This document shows positions 41,181 through 55,700 of a stretch of DNA of 64,000 nt, piece by piece; the stretch's first letter is position 1, and each line of letters opens with the position of its first letter. Source of the DNA: the human T2T-CHM13v2.0 reference genome, Homo sapiens; the NCBI RefSeq assembly GCF_009914755.1, contig NC_060928.1. One strand, written 5' to 3'. Position numbers and translations under genes: made by a program. The notes below the pieces were generated by a model. The model searched no databases. It was not told the origin of the DNA and worked only from the letters and a program-made list of their open reading frames with translations.

Positions 41181-42436
41181 CTAGGTTGAAAGTCACAAGT
41201 ACTCCAAGGGCTAAAATGGGCTTACTTTCTCTCTTTCCCCCCATTCCTTCCAACCCCCTCAAATTGGAAAATGTAAAATCCAACCAAATAGAAAGGTTGG
41301 ATTTCTCTTTCTCCCCTCCTCTGTCTCTGCTTTCCTTTCTTTCTCATCTGCTCCTAGTCACAGTGAAGAGGATTCAGGATTTTTAATCAATTATCCCCAT
41401 CTGAAAACAGAGCAGTATTTTTTCCTGCTGGGTGGAGTGGAGAAAGAAGAAGTGCCAAAGAGTTCAGGACGATAATTCCTGTAAATAGAAAAGAGAGAGA
41501 AGCCTGAAGGAAAAACAGTAGGCAAAGCTAAACAAACAGATCTATGGTAAACAATTAGTTGAAACATCATTGGTTTCAGAAGAGTTGTCTAAGCCATTTA
41601 TTTTTACTGTAACTCTTTAGATACCAGCATATTTGTTTTCTGATACCACTCCCAGATTATGAAGTCACATCATCATCTACTTTTGAATTTTGACGAAGTC
41701 TAAAAAGGAGTCTTCTCTTTTTCTGTGAAAAAAATTGTTGTAGTATAATATCACTCCAAATACTTTTTTGTTAATTTGACCAATATTATGGCAACTAAAT
41801 ACACTAATTTATGAAGTCTGTATAAATGGAATCCCTGGGGAGGGGGGTAATACGTAATTTGCACATCCAAACGTGGCAGACCAGAGTTGCAGCATGCCCT
41901 CCTTACGAAACAGATAAGAGGGGCTGCTGGAATACATGGCACACACACAGCACTTCCAAAGTAATCTGTAGAGGGAAATAATTGCTAGTGCCTTTCCAAT
42001 TCATATAGAGAATTCAGTACATTTTAAAATTAAGGAATATTTATTACTTTTTAAAATTAAAGCTTTCAATATAAAGAAATAACTTCTCTTTTACCAGATT
42101 TTGAGGGAAAGATTTTTCCTCAGGCAGACATTAATTTAACAAAATGTTAACTTTTACAGATAAAGTTGATTTGTATTCATAACCACACTCATGAGATAGA
42201 GGATCATTTTGAAAATAAACAAGTAGGAATTGATGGCTACTATATCTGAAGGCTTATGGAAAAACAGATGTTTGTTAAAATACAGTAGACTCTATTAGCC
42301 AGTCTCATGAGTGAAAAGAAGTCTTCTATTCCTCCTTGAGCCTCTTCTCTGGTGGTCAGGAACATATTCAGATCAAGATGAACATTACTATTTTTGCAAA
42401 TACCAAGCCATCATTCCAATTCTTCAGTATTGTCCT

Positions 42437-42905
42437 TGTGGGAGGCAGAATATGTCCTCCCTCAAAGAGGTCTACACCCTAATCCTTGCAAGCTGTAAAT
42501 ATATTACGTTAGGCAGGAAGAAAGGACTTGAAGATCTGATTAAGTTTACTGACCTTGAGAAAAGGAGCATAGCCTGGATTATCTATGTGGGCCACCTTTA
42601 ATCACATGGCTTATTAAAAGTAGAGAACCTTTCCAAGCTGTGGTTAGAGGGAAGTATGAAATAGAAAAAAGGTCAGAGGGAGGCAACATTGCTAGCTTTC
42701 AAGATAGAGGAAAGGGACCCTGGCCAAAGAATGTAGGAGGCCTCTAGAATCTAAAACTCAAGGAAATGGAGTCTCACTTGATAACTTCAGAAAGGAACGC
42801 AAACCTCTGACTCTGACTTTAGCCCAGTAAGAACCCTGTGAGACTTCTGACCTACAGAACTATAAGAAACAAATTGGAGTTAAAACTCTAAGCTAGTGAT
42901 AATAT
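42437..42905 (+). mobile_element. MLT1D-like MaLR LTR
   Basis: 'tgtgggaggcagaatatg', 'ggcctctagaa' and 'gacttctgacctacagaactataaga'. Confidence 0.82.
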
Positions 42906-43234
42906 ACCCCCTACAGGTAAAATATTTCTAAAGTATGTTGCTCCTTTTCCTGGCACTTTTTACAGTAAAAAACAAGTATGCCTTTTATTTTTTTAAAAAG
43001 TGACATATGAATATTATGTTGATAAATTAAGAATTTTTATTTACATTTCTAGATATGCTTTTCCTCAGGACATAAAGAGTTCCCCTGATACTTTCAAATA
43101 TAATGTTATTTAGAATGAAATGTAATTATGTGGTAGCTTTTTGGGTTTTTTTTTTTTCTTTTCTCTTTTTTTTTTTTTGTACCTCACTGGTTTTATAGAT
43201 TAAATAAATGCCAGTAATGTTTGTTTATATGATA

Positions 43235-43340
43235 ATCTGTTTATCCTTGGATGTAATTCTCATGCACAAATATCTGTTGAATGAATGAAGGATTGAATAA
43301 TAAATGGATGAATGGACAGAGAAATAAAAGGAAGGAATGA
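43235..43340 (+). mobile_element. L2 3' tail with (GAAT)n-like expansion
   Basis: 'caaatatctgttgaatgaatgaa'. Confidence 0.6.
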
Positions 43341-43767
43341 AGGAATGAATAAATGAATCTTTAGTTATGCCTTATAGCCACAAAAGAAAAATATGTCTTC
43401 ATCTTCTGACTCATTTTAGAAAGACCCAAGAGATTGTACTTAACCAACAAATCTCCCTTTTAGAATATTGTATCGAACACAGGAATAGTCAATGAATAAG
43501 TTTTGTATCAGTCATATTACCTTTATGTTTCTTTTGATCAAAATTGAATTATGATTTTACTCAATTATACTATTTTCTGTACTTATATAAATATATTTAA
43601 GTGTAATTAAATATATTTTGAAGTTATGCAACATAAAAGTTTGTGGATATAAGGACACATATATTAGTTCGTTAATATCTGGGTAAATGTTTACTATTAT
43701 TGAAATTTAATATGTAAGACATTATTATGAATATAAAAAAATCACAAAGGGGGTAAACATTTAATGA

Positions 43768-43972
<205 letters not shown>

Positions 43973-44201
43973 TGGTTTAGCTTTATTTTATTTATTAAGT
44001 TCCTTTTCATGCCTGTTCATGTATACCACAGAGATCTTTATATGGTTGCAGCTATATTTGAATATTACATTTTATTATTCAGTTTATGCTTTAGTAATAA
44101 ATATTTCTTATTATTCCACACATATAATTTATCTCATACATACAATTTTTAATAGGTTCATACTAGCCTGTGTTATTGATGTAGCTTAACTTATTAAGTT
44201 A

Positions 44202-44527
44202 CAGGTTGAGTATCTATTATCTGAAAAGCTTAGGACTAGAGTGATTGGGACTTTAGATTGTTTTCACATTTTGGAATATTTTCATATATATAAAATTATA
44301 TTTCTTATATATTTTTAAATTCAAAAATACTCATAACCTGAAGGAAATTTTATACAATATTTTAATAATTTTATGCATGAAACCAAGTTTTGACTGGACT
44401 TTGACTACAGCCCATCACAAGAGGTCAAGGGTGAAATTTTCCATTTGAGGTGTCATGTCAATGCTCAAAAAGTTTCAGATTTCAGAGCAATTCAGAATGG
44501 ACTTTCACGTTAAGGATGTTCAATCTG
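44202..44527. mobile_element. Tigger4 (Zombi/MER46) derivative
   Basis: TIRs caggttgagtatc.../...gatgttcaatctg flanked by TA. Confidence 0.85.
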
Positions 44528-47500
44528 TACTTTCTGCTGGGAGTTCAGGCTGGTCAGGTACAGAGGCCAATATAGGATTTAACTTTTAAAAATGTATAAT
44601 TTGAAAAATATTGTTGATGTGATTAATATTTTTGCACCTGGCATATAAATGGAGTATGTGATGATATTAGTGGTAAAAGCGAATGCTCTCTATTCCGCCC
44701 TAAAAATCAATATATAAAGTACCCTAAACATATTAACAACTGACTTCACCTGCCTCTCAGGAGACTTCATGTCTACTCTTGGTGATTTATGTATTTTCAG
44801 TGAGAATCAAATAATTTGAATGTTGCCTAAAATATATACAATTAAGAAATGTTTAGCTAGGGCTGAAACAAAATCACACACTAAAGCTAAATATAAGAAA
44901 ATTTGCATTTCTTGAAATTTCTGCATCTATGTCAATTCTACCATCCACTGATCTGGATAATAAAAAAATTCAATATGTTTAGAAATTCAGAATGGAAAAA
45001 AATAATAATAAATCTAGAGTGATGTGGCATTGCATTTAGAACTAAGTTCTACCCAAATCAAATCTATTACATGTCTATCTAGCCTCCCACTCTCTTATTG
45101 AGAATCATAAATTCAACATACAACTTAAAGCTATCTTGTACTAATATGCATCAAAACCTCCTCCAATTTGTCTAGCCTGTCACGAGGACAGCAATTCCCA
45201 CTCTCATTGTGCAATACTTATTCTATTTGTGTCAGTCCCTCTCAGGTCACCTACGTATCTGTCGATGTTCTTCTGCCATTGAAGCTTTTGTTGATTTCAG
45301 TACATGCCAGAAGACTGCAGAAAGAAGAAAGGCAGCGCTGAAGGATACTTCCTCTCTACATTATTGAGCTTGTTTGAAAATAGGCATAAAAGTGATGCTT
45401 CTAGGTTCTTCTATTCAAAAATAGAGATGGCATGGTTTTCATCTTATAACTTACATATGTATGTACATATTTCCCAGTTAGATAGAGTTTTGTGGAAAAT
45501 ACATGGATTTAACTCTATTTTTGCTCTTTGACAAAAAGAATCAGCTTTTATTCCTCTTTGAGTTTTGCATTGTTTACAAGAGGGCTTGGTACACATTTAG
45601 TATAATATTATTGTTTCAGTATTCTTAGTCACATTTATACAGTGGTTCTTTTTTCCATATCTCTGTTCTTTTACTTTCTAAATAAATTTGATTTTATTAT
45701 TTCCACTATTTTTTTTTCTCTTTCTTTGGTGAAAATCTTTGAAACTCTACATTTACTTTAGTAAATGGTAATGGTTCAGTTTCTGGACTATTCTTTAATG
45801 TGTTCCAGATGAAAGCTTTTCACTTACAAAACAAAACATTATTATGTACTTTCACTAAATCTGTAAAAATATCACAATTTTGATTTTCTACCAAAGTTGG
45901 GTTTCACTTTATTAATAAAAGCATGCAGAGACTGATTACACTTTCATAGTTTTCTCCACTAATTGTCTTAATTGTCTTGAAATATTTGTGATAATATTTT
46001 ACATGGTAGACCAATAGAATATGGTTGAGAGAAATCTTATCCTGCACCTGAAATGACCATAAGCTAATAATCTCTAAGTAAAAGAAAACTCCAGGAGGTT
46101 TTAACAAAGAATCCAGTCAAGTCCATATGACTTAGATTTTGAATTTCTCAAGATTCTGTGTGCCAGAAAATCATGCATGGAGATATGTGAGCAAAATTAT
46201 TTCTCCTTATTTGACTATATCACAGAAGATATATTGTCACATCTGGGAATATAGTTACTATTCAGAATGCTGACTCTGATTTTTACTTTGAATGTTCATG
46301 AATATTTTATTTGAATGTAATGGTTCATAATATTCTAAAGATGATTGAATAGTAAACCCACAATGTAAAAAGGTCACAATATTTGGTATGATTCATTCTA
46401 TCTCTGTAAAGGTACAAGCAGAATATGTAGCCAAAAGTGATCAGAATATCCCAAACCATTAGTGACAAATAAATATTTTGTGCTGATTTTTCCCACTTGT
46501 TTTATGTCCATATTTTATCTCTCCTTTGATAGGTTTTGAACGTAATTCTCCAGCTGATTACTCTTATTGCTTGAGCACTTATTTTATTACATAATTTCCC
46601 ATATAACTGACACGTAGCTCCATTTGGGAATAATTTTATTTGGCAGGTAATGGACCATTACATTCACTACATTTTACTAGCAAAGCAGAGTACTGGGCAG
46701 TGGTATGCCTTTGTTTTCATTCTATTTCTTAACATCGCTAGCTCTTGATGCATGGAGACTGTCTCTACCCTCCATGTTCTCTCATTTCATCCAGCAAGAG
46801 CCAGAGGAAGGAAAGTAGGATTTGGCAGAAGATTAACAGCACCTGCTTTGACTTTTTCAAGGTTAGAGATAGGGCAGGAAGCAGCCAATGTTTTACAAGG
46901 CATGGATTCTTCGTGAAGCATTCATTTTGTGCACCCATTGTTCAAAACCTATTTCTCTCTTTGCTGTGCTCATGAATCTCTGTAAGCACTACTGATTATA
47001 GTAATCACACACCTTATGGGTTAAGTGTTCAGAAAGCAACTCAATTAAGCTATATTTTGCACCAAAATAAAAAAAAATAGCAAGACATTTGTTTTGTTGT
47101 CATGGTTCTATTATTGTTTTATTTTCCAGTAATTTGTTCCATCACATTACTTTGTAAGAATTTGAAATTCTTGCACCATGATTTATTAAGAAGCAATAAA
47201 AATACTAATAAATGCATCAACCAGAAGTTTATTATTACCTAAGAGGCATTTTCAGCAAAGTACAATTTAGCTTTTTATGAAATATGTAGCCATTCATGTT
47301 TTAATCTTTATAGATTACTTCATTTGATTTTTCTTTTGTTTTACCAAAAAGATGGATATTGTCCATGATAACTGATCTTTTTCATGGTAGATATATAAAT
47401 GGACACTATTGTATGTGTGCTATGGCATCATGCCATGAAGGTCATTCATAATACATGTGATGTGGATGAAAGTGGAGATTTTTTTTCGAAGTAAAAATCA

Positions 47501-47643
47501 CTACACTTGTTTTAGTTTACATTACTATTCTCTTCATTATAGAAAACATGTTCATTATTCATGGCTGCTCACTATACACCCTTCTATGTCTTATAATAGC
47601 AGCCCACCTTTTAAGAACCCCATACTATTATGTAATCATCTAA

Positions 47644-47997
<354 letters not shown>

Positions 47998-48769
47998 TCT
48001 TAATATTAAAATAAAATTTAGTTAAGCTTATTTTAGCTATATATTTAAACAGTATTTCTAACAAGACCCATTTCTAGAAAAGCAATCTTTAGATGAAATT
48101 GTATATGTATATATGTAAAGTCTATTGAGAATTATTACTAAACTTATATTTTCACAGATAATTGCAAGGAATTCAATTTCACCACTTTCCTACCTGCTTG
48201 CTTTCGTTCCCATTAAATCTTTACTAACAAGGAAAATGCTCTGTTATTGTTTTAACAGTACATTTATTTGATTCATACTGAGATTTACTTTTATTGAACA
48301 TTTTATGTTTTTCATTTTGTGATGTTCTTGCTTTTATATTGGTATTAAACTAATTATGCATCCTAGGTGTTAATTATTTAGGTTATATTTTGAATTCTTC
48401 AAATCATTGTCATTCAAATTTTAATTATTTAAATGTGTTTATTAACTTGTAGTAGTATTTAAATTTTTCTCTTTAAAATATATCAGTTTCTTATTTATGC
48501 TTTCTACTTCTTGAGTCATTCTCTTCTCTAAGACTGTGTATATTTCAATTACATGTTTATTCTATTCATATTTATGTAGTTTATTTTTTAAATCCGTATT
48601 TTCAGTCAATCAGGCATGATTTTGTACTACCTAAAATGATGCAGGGATATACTTTTGATATTTGTTAATAATATAAGTGTTATATATTATAAAAATGTCT
48701 AATTTATTATATTTCTATATGTACTTGGTCTTGCGTCTAGACTTCATTTTTAAAACTACAGAATTTCAT

Positions 48770-48920
48770 GTATTATATATAGAATTTATATGTTGTATAT
48801 ATTATATATACTTACATGTCTTGAATATAATACAATATTATTAACTGTAGATTAAATCTCTAGACTTGTTTATTATGTATATTATATATTTATATTATAT
48901 TATATATGTGTGTGTATATA

Positions 48921-48950
<30 letters not shown>
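48770..48950. repeat. TA-rich low-complexity tract and (TG)(TA) microsatellite
   Basis: Visible runs. Confidence 0.85.
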
Positions 48951-48951
<1 letters not shown>

Positions 48952-50950
48952 AACAATGTATCACATGATACCTATCTACTGTGGCTTTTTTCAAGGCAGT
49001 GTCAAAGAGATGATGATGGAAGACAACTGTGGAGTTAGGATATTAAACATACTGGATTTGACTATGATAAGGAACACCAAAATTTCTAATTCTATAGTAA
49101 TTGATCATTCTGCTGAGGCATTAATTTGGCTTATGAATGCCAGCAGTTGGAGCAGCAGTTGCTACTTAGGGGGTTAGTATGTAGTAACGACATTGTGAAA
49201 CGCAAGATTTATCATGTATAAAGGGTTGGTCCTTAGTGGCATTAGATGTTAGTATAGGCAGGTCACTACTTTCACTTCTGTCTCCTGTGAAAACCAACAT
49301 AAACATACAGACATATACACACAAACTAAAAATCACAGTTTGTTATTGAGGCTTTCGGTGAAACTACATTTGTCTTGAATTACAAAATAACCTTTTCTTG
49401 CTTATTCTCAGTACTATCTTCAATGATGGTTGTCAATAAGAAGGTAGATATACTTATTCATGCCATTATAATTAGTATATGCCTAATTTTAATTACTAAT
49501 TCTACTTGTATATTTGGCTTTATTTCCTGTAGCATAACATGTTGTGAAGTATATTCACACCAAGTTAATTCCCTTCATTTATATTAACACTGAAGCAAAG
49601 CACATGAACACATAATTTCGTATAAGAGTTATTAAAGCCAGATGCTAAAGAGACATACTTTCACTCGTATAGCTCACTTAAGTATTAAATGATTTCCTAT
49701 GACTGAATCAAATATACCAAACCTTACCTCAAAGAAACAGAGTTCAATCATTCTTTATTTGATATAATTGTTTTCCACTCATTGGCTTTGCCCATGGAAT
49801 CCTTCCAGCTATAAATGTAAAATATTTGAAAACATATATTCAAGGATTAAAAATGCTACAAATATACCAATGTACATAGGAATTACTCAGTAAACCCGAG
49901 CAATATATGGCATGAAATAACATTGAAATTACATCACATAATATTCAGACTTGTAAAAACTAACAGGCATATTATGCATGGTCTTTTAGTAATTATATAT
50001 TTCTAACCACAAATATAAACCTTCAAATCCAAGATATAAATATTTATTTATAGTAAAATTTTTTGCTTTTCTTTTCTCTCACCATCACCCCAGCAGGACG
50101 GATAAACCCATCACATAATTTATTACATATTAAACTCTCATTACTTTATGTCTATTGCCACACTTATGGGAAGCCTGGTCAAATATGCAACAGAATAGGG
50201 AAGTAGCCTTTTAAAATGAAGAACACACTAGAAAATGTTAGGTTTAATTACAGGTAATACTTTTAAAGCAATATTTCTCTTATAAACATCAGTGGTGTTA
50301 TAATATAAAATTGACTTGATATTTAGATTTTTGTTGATTTTGAAAAGTTCATCCTAGATAAAAATGCAACTTTTATACAACTAAATGAGGTTTCTCTTTA
50401 AGCAAAATGCATCAGATAGAAATAACTTCCAATTACATATTTAGAGTACTCATGAAGGACAATTTATTTTCTTTTTGTTTACTCTGATTTCATTTTAATA
50501 GGAGGTTATCCGAAGAAAAGCCACAATATGTTGTTTCGAAAAATTTGATGCTGACCAGAATGAAAAATTGTCTTTAAAATGTATTTTCATGGATTCATAA
50601 ATCCTCTTCAATTTTAGCTGCAAACTCTAAAATAATATGAAGTGAATATGTCAAATTTGTTAAGGAATCTTGGTAATAAATAAGACTATGATAGAGTAAT
50701 ATGAGTTAGCACTGAAGAAGGAAGGAAGTTAGGGTGTATAAAAGCTCAATATTCAGGATAAATATTTTAACTCAATAATAGTAAAAATCAATTTTAAGGC
50801 AAATAATTCCATGATGATCAAAATATCGAATTTTAAATGAAGGATCTGATCCTGCACTTGCATAAATCTGTTGCACTTGAATTCTTGTCTTGCTAATTGA
50901 AATACATATTTGCTGAATTTTTTAAGTAAACATTCAAATGAAATTGGGAA

Positions 50951-51265
50951 TTTTTATTTATTTTTTATTTATTATTTTTATAGACAGGGTCTTGCACTGT
51001 TGCCCAGACAGGAGTGCAGTGGTGTGATCATGGCTCACTGCAGCTGCAAACTCAGGGGCTCAAGGGATCATTCTGCTTCAGCCTACCTAGTAGTAGAACT
51101 ACAGGTTTGTACCACCATATCTGGCTAATTAAAAAAAAAAAAAAGAAGTACAGATGGAGTCTTGCTGTGCTGTCCAGGCTGGTCTTGAACACTGCTGGCC
51201 TCAAGCCCTCCTCCCACCTTGGCCCCCCAAGCACTGCGATTACAAGTGTGAGCCACCAAGCCAGG
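50951..51265 (-). mobile_element. AluJ
   Basis: 'gacagggtcttgc' and 'gatcatggctcactgcagc'; degenerate TSD aattgggaatttt/aattggacatttt. Confidence 0.9.
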
Positions 51266-51437
51266 TCTACAATTGGACATTTTGATTTCTAAACATTGAG
51301 TTAAAAAGTCATGATATTAAAAATTATGATCATTTATGGTAACAAAAATAAAATAGAGATAGAGGGAGACTGCTGATAATTTCAAATCTGTTAATTCTGA
51401 GATTCGTAAAACAAAGATTCCAAGAAGGAGTTAATGT

Positions 51438-52220
51438 TTTATATTTTATTGCATATATTAAGGGAATACAACATGATGTTTTGATATAGGTAGTGAAATG
51501 GTTACAATAGTCAAGCAAAATAATATACCATCATCTCACATAGTTACACTTGCGTGTGTGTTTGTGTGTGTGTGTGGCAAAAGCATGTGAAATAGACTCT
51601 TTTAGCAAAAATCTTGAATACAATATTATTAACTGTAGATTAAATCTCCATACTTGTTTATTCTACATATCTGCTACTTCGTATCTTTTGACTAACATCA
51701 TCCTGTTTTTCTCCTCCCTTCACCCCCCACTCCTGGTAACCACTGTTTAATTTTCTTTTGAGCAGTTGACTTTATTTTTTTTTAGATTCCATATATAATG
51801 AGATCATGTAGTATTTTTATTTCTTTGGGTATTTCACTTAGTATAATGATGTTAGTTTCATCCATGTTGTAGCAAATGGCAGGATCTCTTTTTTAAAGGG
51901 TGAATAATATTTCATTATATATTAGATTATATATATACATATATAATATATCACAATTTCTTTATCTGTCTGTCAATAGACACGTCAGTTGTTTCCATAT
52001 CTTGGCTATTGTCTCAATGAACATGAACATTCAAATATCTTTAATAGGTAATTTCATTTTTGCAGGATGTGGAGAAAAGGGAATTTTTGTACACTCTTGG
52101 TGGAACTGTAAGTTGGCATGGCCATTGTGCAAAACAGTATGGAGGTTCCTATAGAAATTTAAAATAGAATTACCATATGATCCAGCAATTCCTCTTCTGG
52201 GGATATACCCAAGAGAAATT
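51438..52220 (-). mobile_element. L1MA 3' end with 5' inversion (52060-52220 in the opposite orientation)
   Basis: Antisense 3'UTR 'gtgaaatggttacaatagtcaagc', then sense ORF2 end GCGEKGIFVHSWWNCKL. Confidence 0.88.
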
Positions 52221-53248
52221 AAAGACCCATAAAGACTAAATTTAATAAATTTCATTGATTACTATCTTTTGCTTTCTCTTCATCAATCATTTGAATAAAA
52301 AGTAGTTCATATGCATGATTTGTCTATATTTTAAAATACATAGCTTATGTATATTATTAAATATTTATATTAGGTACAATTTAATATTCACAAATTTTTA
52401 GTTGGCTAACACTTGTGTTTCCCAAAAAGAATAAAAAATTTTCAAACTGATATCTGAAAACTTCAGTCACTAACCAACAAGTAAGTAACCAAGAAATCTA
52501 GTTATATCACATAAAGGGCAGTTGATACTTTACTCTAAAATAGGGTAGGAGCTAATGGAATTGCTTAATGAAAGTAAATAAAAAACACGCTTTGAACATC
52601 TTTATTTCCAGTAAAACATTGACTTTATATTAATTTTTCAATCAATTTATCAACTATATTTGTACCATTGCACAGTATATTGGCCTTTTAATAGAATTTT
52701 GTTTTTAATTATTTTTATTATTTTATTTTTCTGAAGATAAAAAGAGATCCAGAAAAATTGTCTACTGTTGGTTTAAAATTTTCTCGAGTTATTAGGTAAA
52801 ATTGTATTTAAAATTGCTTAAAAGCAGAAAGCAACAAATTTAGAAAATAAGAGGACTCAGACTCGGAAGATACTAAATACAGAGGTTTAATTTAGTAAGT
52901 AATTACTAACATGGAGTTTCTAATGAAAATTAGAAATAGTAGAAATAACTTAACCAAAAGCAGCTGGTTGCCACAGAAACAAGGTATGTTCACTCTGGTG
53001 CTGACTGAAAGGAACGTATCTCGGAAATAACACAGGCCACAGAAGATGGGTATCTTTTGGAATCTTTCTTTTTCTCCAGCTTTTCTGTCCTAGTAAAAGA
53101 TGGCAAGACTGAACACCAGGTGGGCATGCAGATATTACAAATGAGAAAATTCTTCTTGACCTTAGCTATTATTAGCAGAAGGTGACTCAGAATCCATGTA
53201 GTTCAAGTGACAGGACAAATATTTACTCAAAAATTTTAAAGTTGAAAT

Positions 53249-53445
53249 AAGATGGCAAATAGATTTCAAATTGAGTGCTGCCCTTAACTGATTTGATTGT
53301 GACTGTCTGAAGTGGCAGTGCAGCTGACTTCCTTGGACTCAACATAAAAGAATACAATAGTTAAAAAAGTAAAAACTACCAGTTTGGGGGACAAAATTGC
53401 AAGTATTAGTGCTGTCTGCTTTCTAACATGAGCAGGGAGAGCACA
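53249..53445. mobile_element. MER103C-like hAT-Charlie fossil
   Basis: 'gatggcaaatagatttc...gagtgc...gatttgattgtgactgtctg'. Confidence 0.6.
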
Positions 53446-54519
53446 CAAGAATCAAAAGGCTTGCAAAAATCAAAAGTATGCAAAAATCTAAAATTCCAGC
53501 CGATTAGTATTATCTATAACTAATGTTTCTAGCCTGGAGCTTTTCTTACCCCAAATTTCAATATACAAACCAACAAACATACACATTTCTGATTCTATAA
53601 TCAGAAAGGAGGCATTAAAAAATCAGCTCACTTGGACTACCTGTAGAGTTTTAGCCACAAAATCAATTCCTTCTGTGGCTTTTGGGAACATTTTTGAAAA
53701 TTATATGTTCGTGTCATCTATTAAGAATACATTTAGTAAATTAATAACACTTATATTACTTTTAATTGTGCAATTTGATGGGGAAGTTGACTTGTAATTG
53801 GATCTTCTCAACCTGCTCATCAGAGAAAAGACAACAGGCCTAGCACTAGAAAATGAGTAAACCAAAATAATTTCCAGAATAATGTTAGATTCTGGGGGCA
53901 AGGAGCATGTTTTATGCTTTTGTCTATTAGGATATTATGTAGTAAGCATGATTATATTGAATTTGCAATAAAGAGAATCTTTGTTAGGAAAAATAATACA
54001 ATGATGGTTTCCCAACATTTTCACATCTTTTCTTCAATACAAATCATGTATAAAGCAGATAAAAATGAAGCTGTCCTAGTTGAATCAGAAATGTAAGACC
54101 GAGTGCCTCAAATACTCAAATTCTTTTCCCACCACACCATCCCACTAGAAACAGCCTGTGAATACATTTTGCGGTATTTCTCATGAGATGAGAATCAAAT
54201 CACCAGAAGCAAGTTTAAGAACAAGTTTTGATCATTTTTTCTGCAAATATCAGAGTTGTTTTTAATAAATGGAGATATTAAAATCCAATAAAAGCTCCTT
54301 TATCTTCAAAACAAATGCAAAAGAAAAAACAAAAATAGGTCACTATATGGAGAACATGTGGGTCAGACACAAACAGAGTACAGAGAGGAATCAAAAGCCT
54401 GAATCATTAATCTAGAGAAGAAAGGATTGTGACAAAAATCATGATTGTGGCAAGCCTGGGTGAAGTGGGAGAGAGAGAGGAGAGTAGACAGAATCTGGGT
54501 GAGTGGTAGGATTCAGAGG

Positions 54520-54895
54520 GTTGTAGGATTGCAGTAGTTTACTAGCATCGAGAAAGTTAAGGAGTAGAGACAAGTTGAGGGTGAATACTTTCTCTTATTT
54601 TGTAGGTAAGTGCTCAAAATATTGTGGCTGCACAGAAGATGAGGGATGAGGTCAAGGGGAAAAAACAAAAACAAAAAAAACCCTACCACCTCATAGCACG
54701 GTTGGAGAGGAGCTGGGGAAATAGCATGTTCTCTCCTCACTGTCTCCCCATCGTCTGATATTCTCTAGACCCAACAGGAAATGGGCAAGGGAAATCTAAT
54801 TATTCAATCAAGAGAGGTTTGTGCTCCCAGGCACAGAGTAGAGAAAACGAGGGTAAGAAATAGCTTTGGAAGAATAAATAAGAAATACTCAACAC
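54520..54895. mobile_element. Possible ancient LTR (MLT1M/N-like)
   Basis: tg...ca bounded purine-rich segment; weak recalled similarity only. Confidence 0.3.
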
Positions 54896-55569
54896 AGCTG
54901 CTAATTTCAAGGATGTGATAACTCTGAATATTTTATGCGTTTATCACGTCATTTCATATAATCCTCTAGTAACCACCTCTTACATTCTTTGAAAGTAAAC
55001 TAGTTTTAGAAGCTTTTTAAATGCTTTATGCTTTAATTTACATAATATAATGAGTTCACTGATTGTACTCTTCTTGGCACTTTGAATTGCCATAACAATC
55101 TTGCATTTTCAAACATACCTTGTGTGTTTCTTTTAAATTTTGGCTGCATAATTTCCACTTAACCTCTGTACCCATGTGTCATCCTGCTCTTTCAATTTCC
55201 ATAACTAACTTTCTGATCTCTCTCTTTAATAATGTTCTGTTTATAATCCTGATGAGTTGTATTGACTTTTATTTATAAATTGTATTCTGTCCTGTATTTT
55301 TCCCTTTTGTCACATAAAAATTGTGAATCCAAGACAAAACACATATTTCAAGAGATTATATTTCCAAAAGTCATTTATTGTAGATAACTGGATTGAGATA
55401 TATTGATAGGAAATGTGCTTTAAAAAATAAACCATTTAAATGAGGTTTTCATCACCTAGTAGTTAGTTGTATTTCTTTAATGTCCCCAAGGATATAGCTA
55501 ATTTCAGCAGATCAATACACATATTTTCTTTCTGTAGAAACTTTAATGTGTATCTGTGCATTATACCTT

Positions 55570-55700
55570 CTCAAAATATGTGTTATCTTATCTCAATATT
55601 TTACAGAGGGAGAAAGTGAGACTTGGAAATGATAAGTATATTGCCCAAGACATCAGCTAAAAAATGACAAAATAACAATCCCAGCCAGGTTTACAGGCTC
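55570..55700 (-). mobile_element. MIR
   Basis: 'attttacagagggagaaagtgagact...ttgcccaagac'. Confidence 0.7.
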
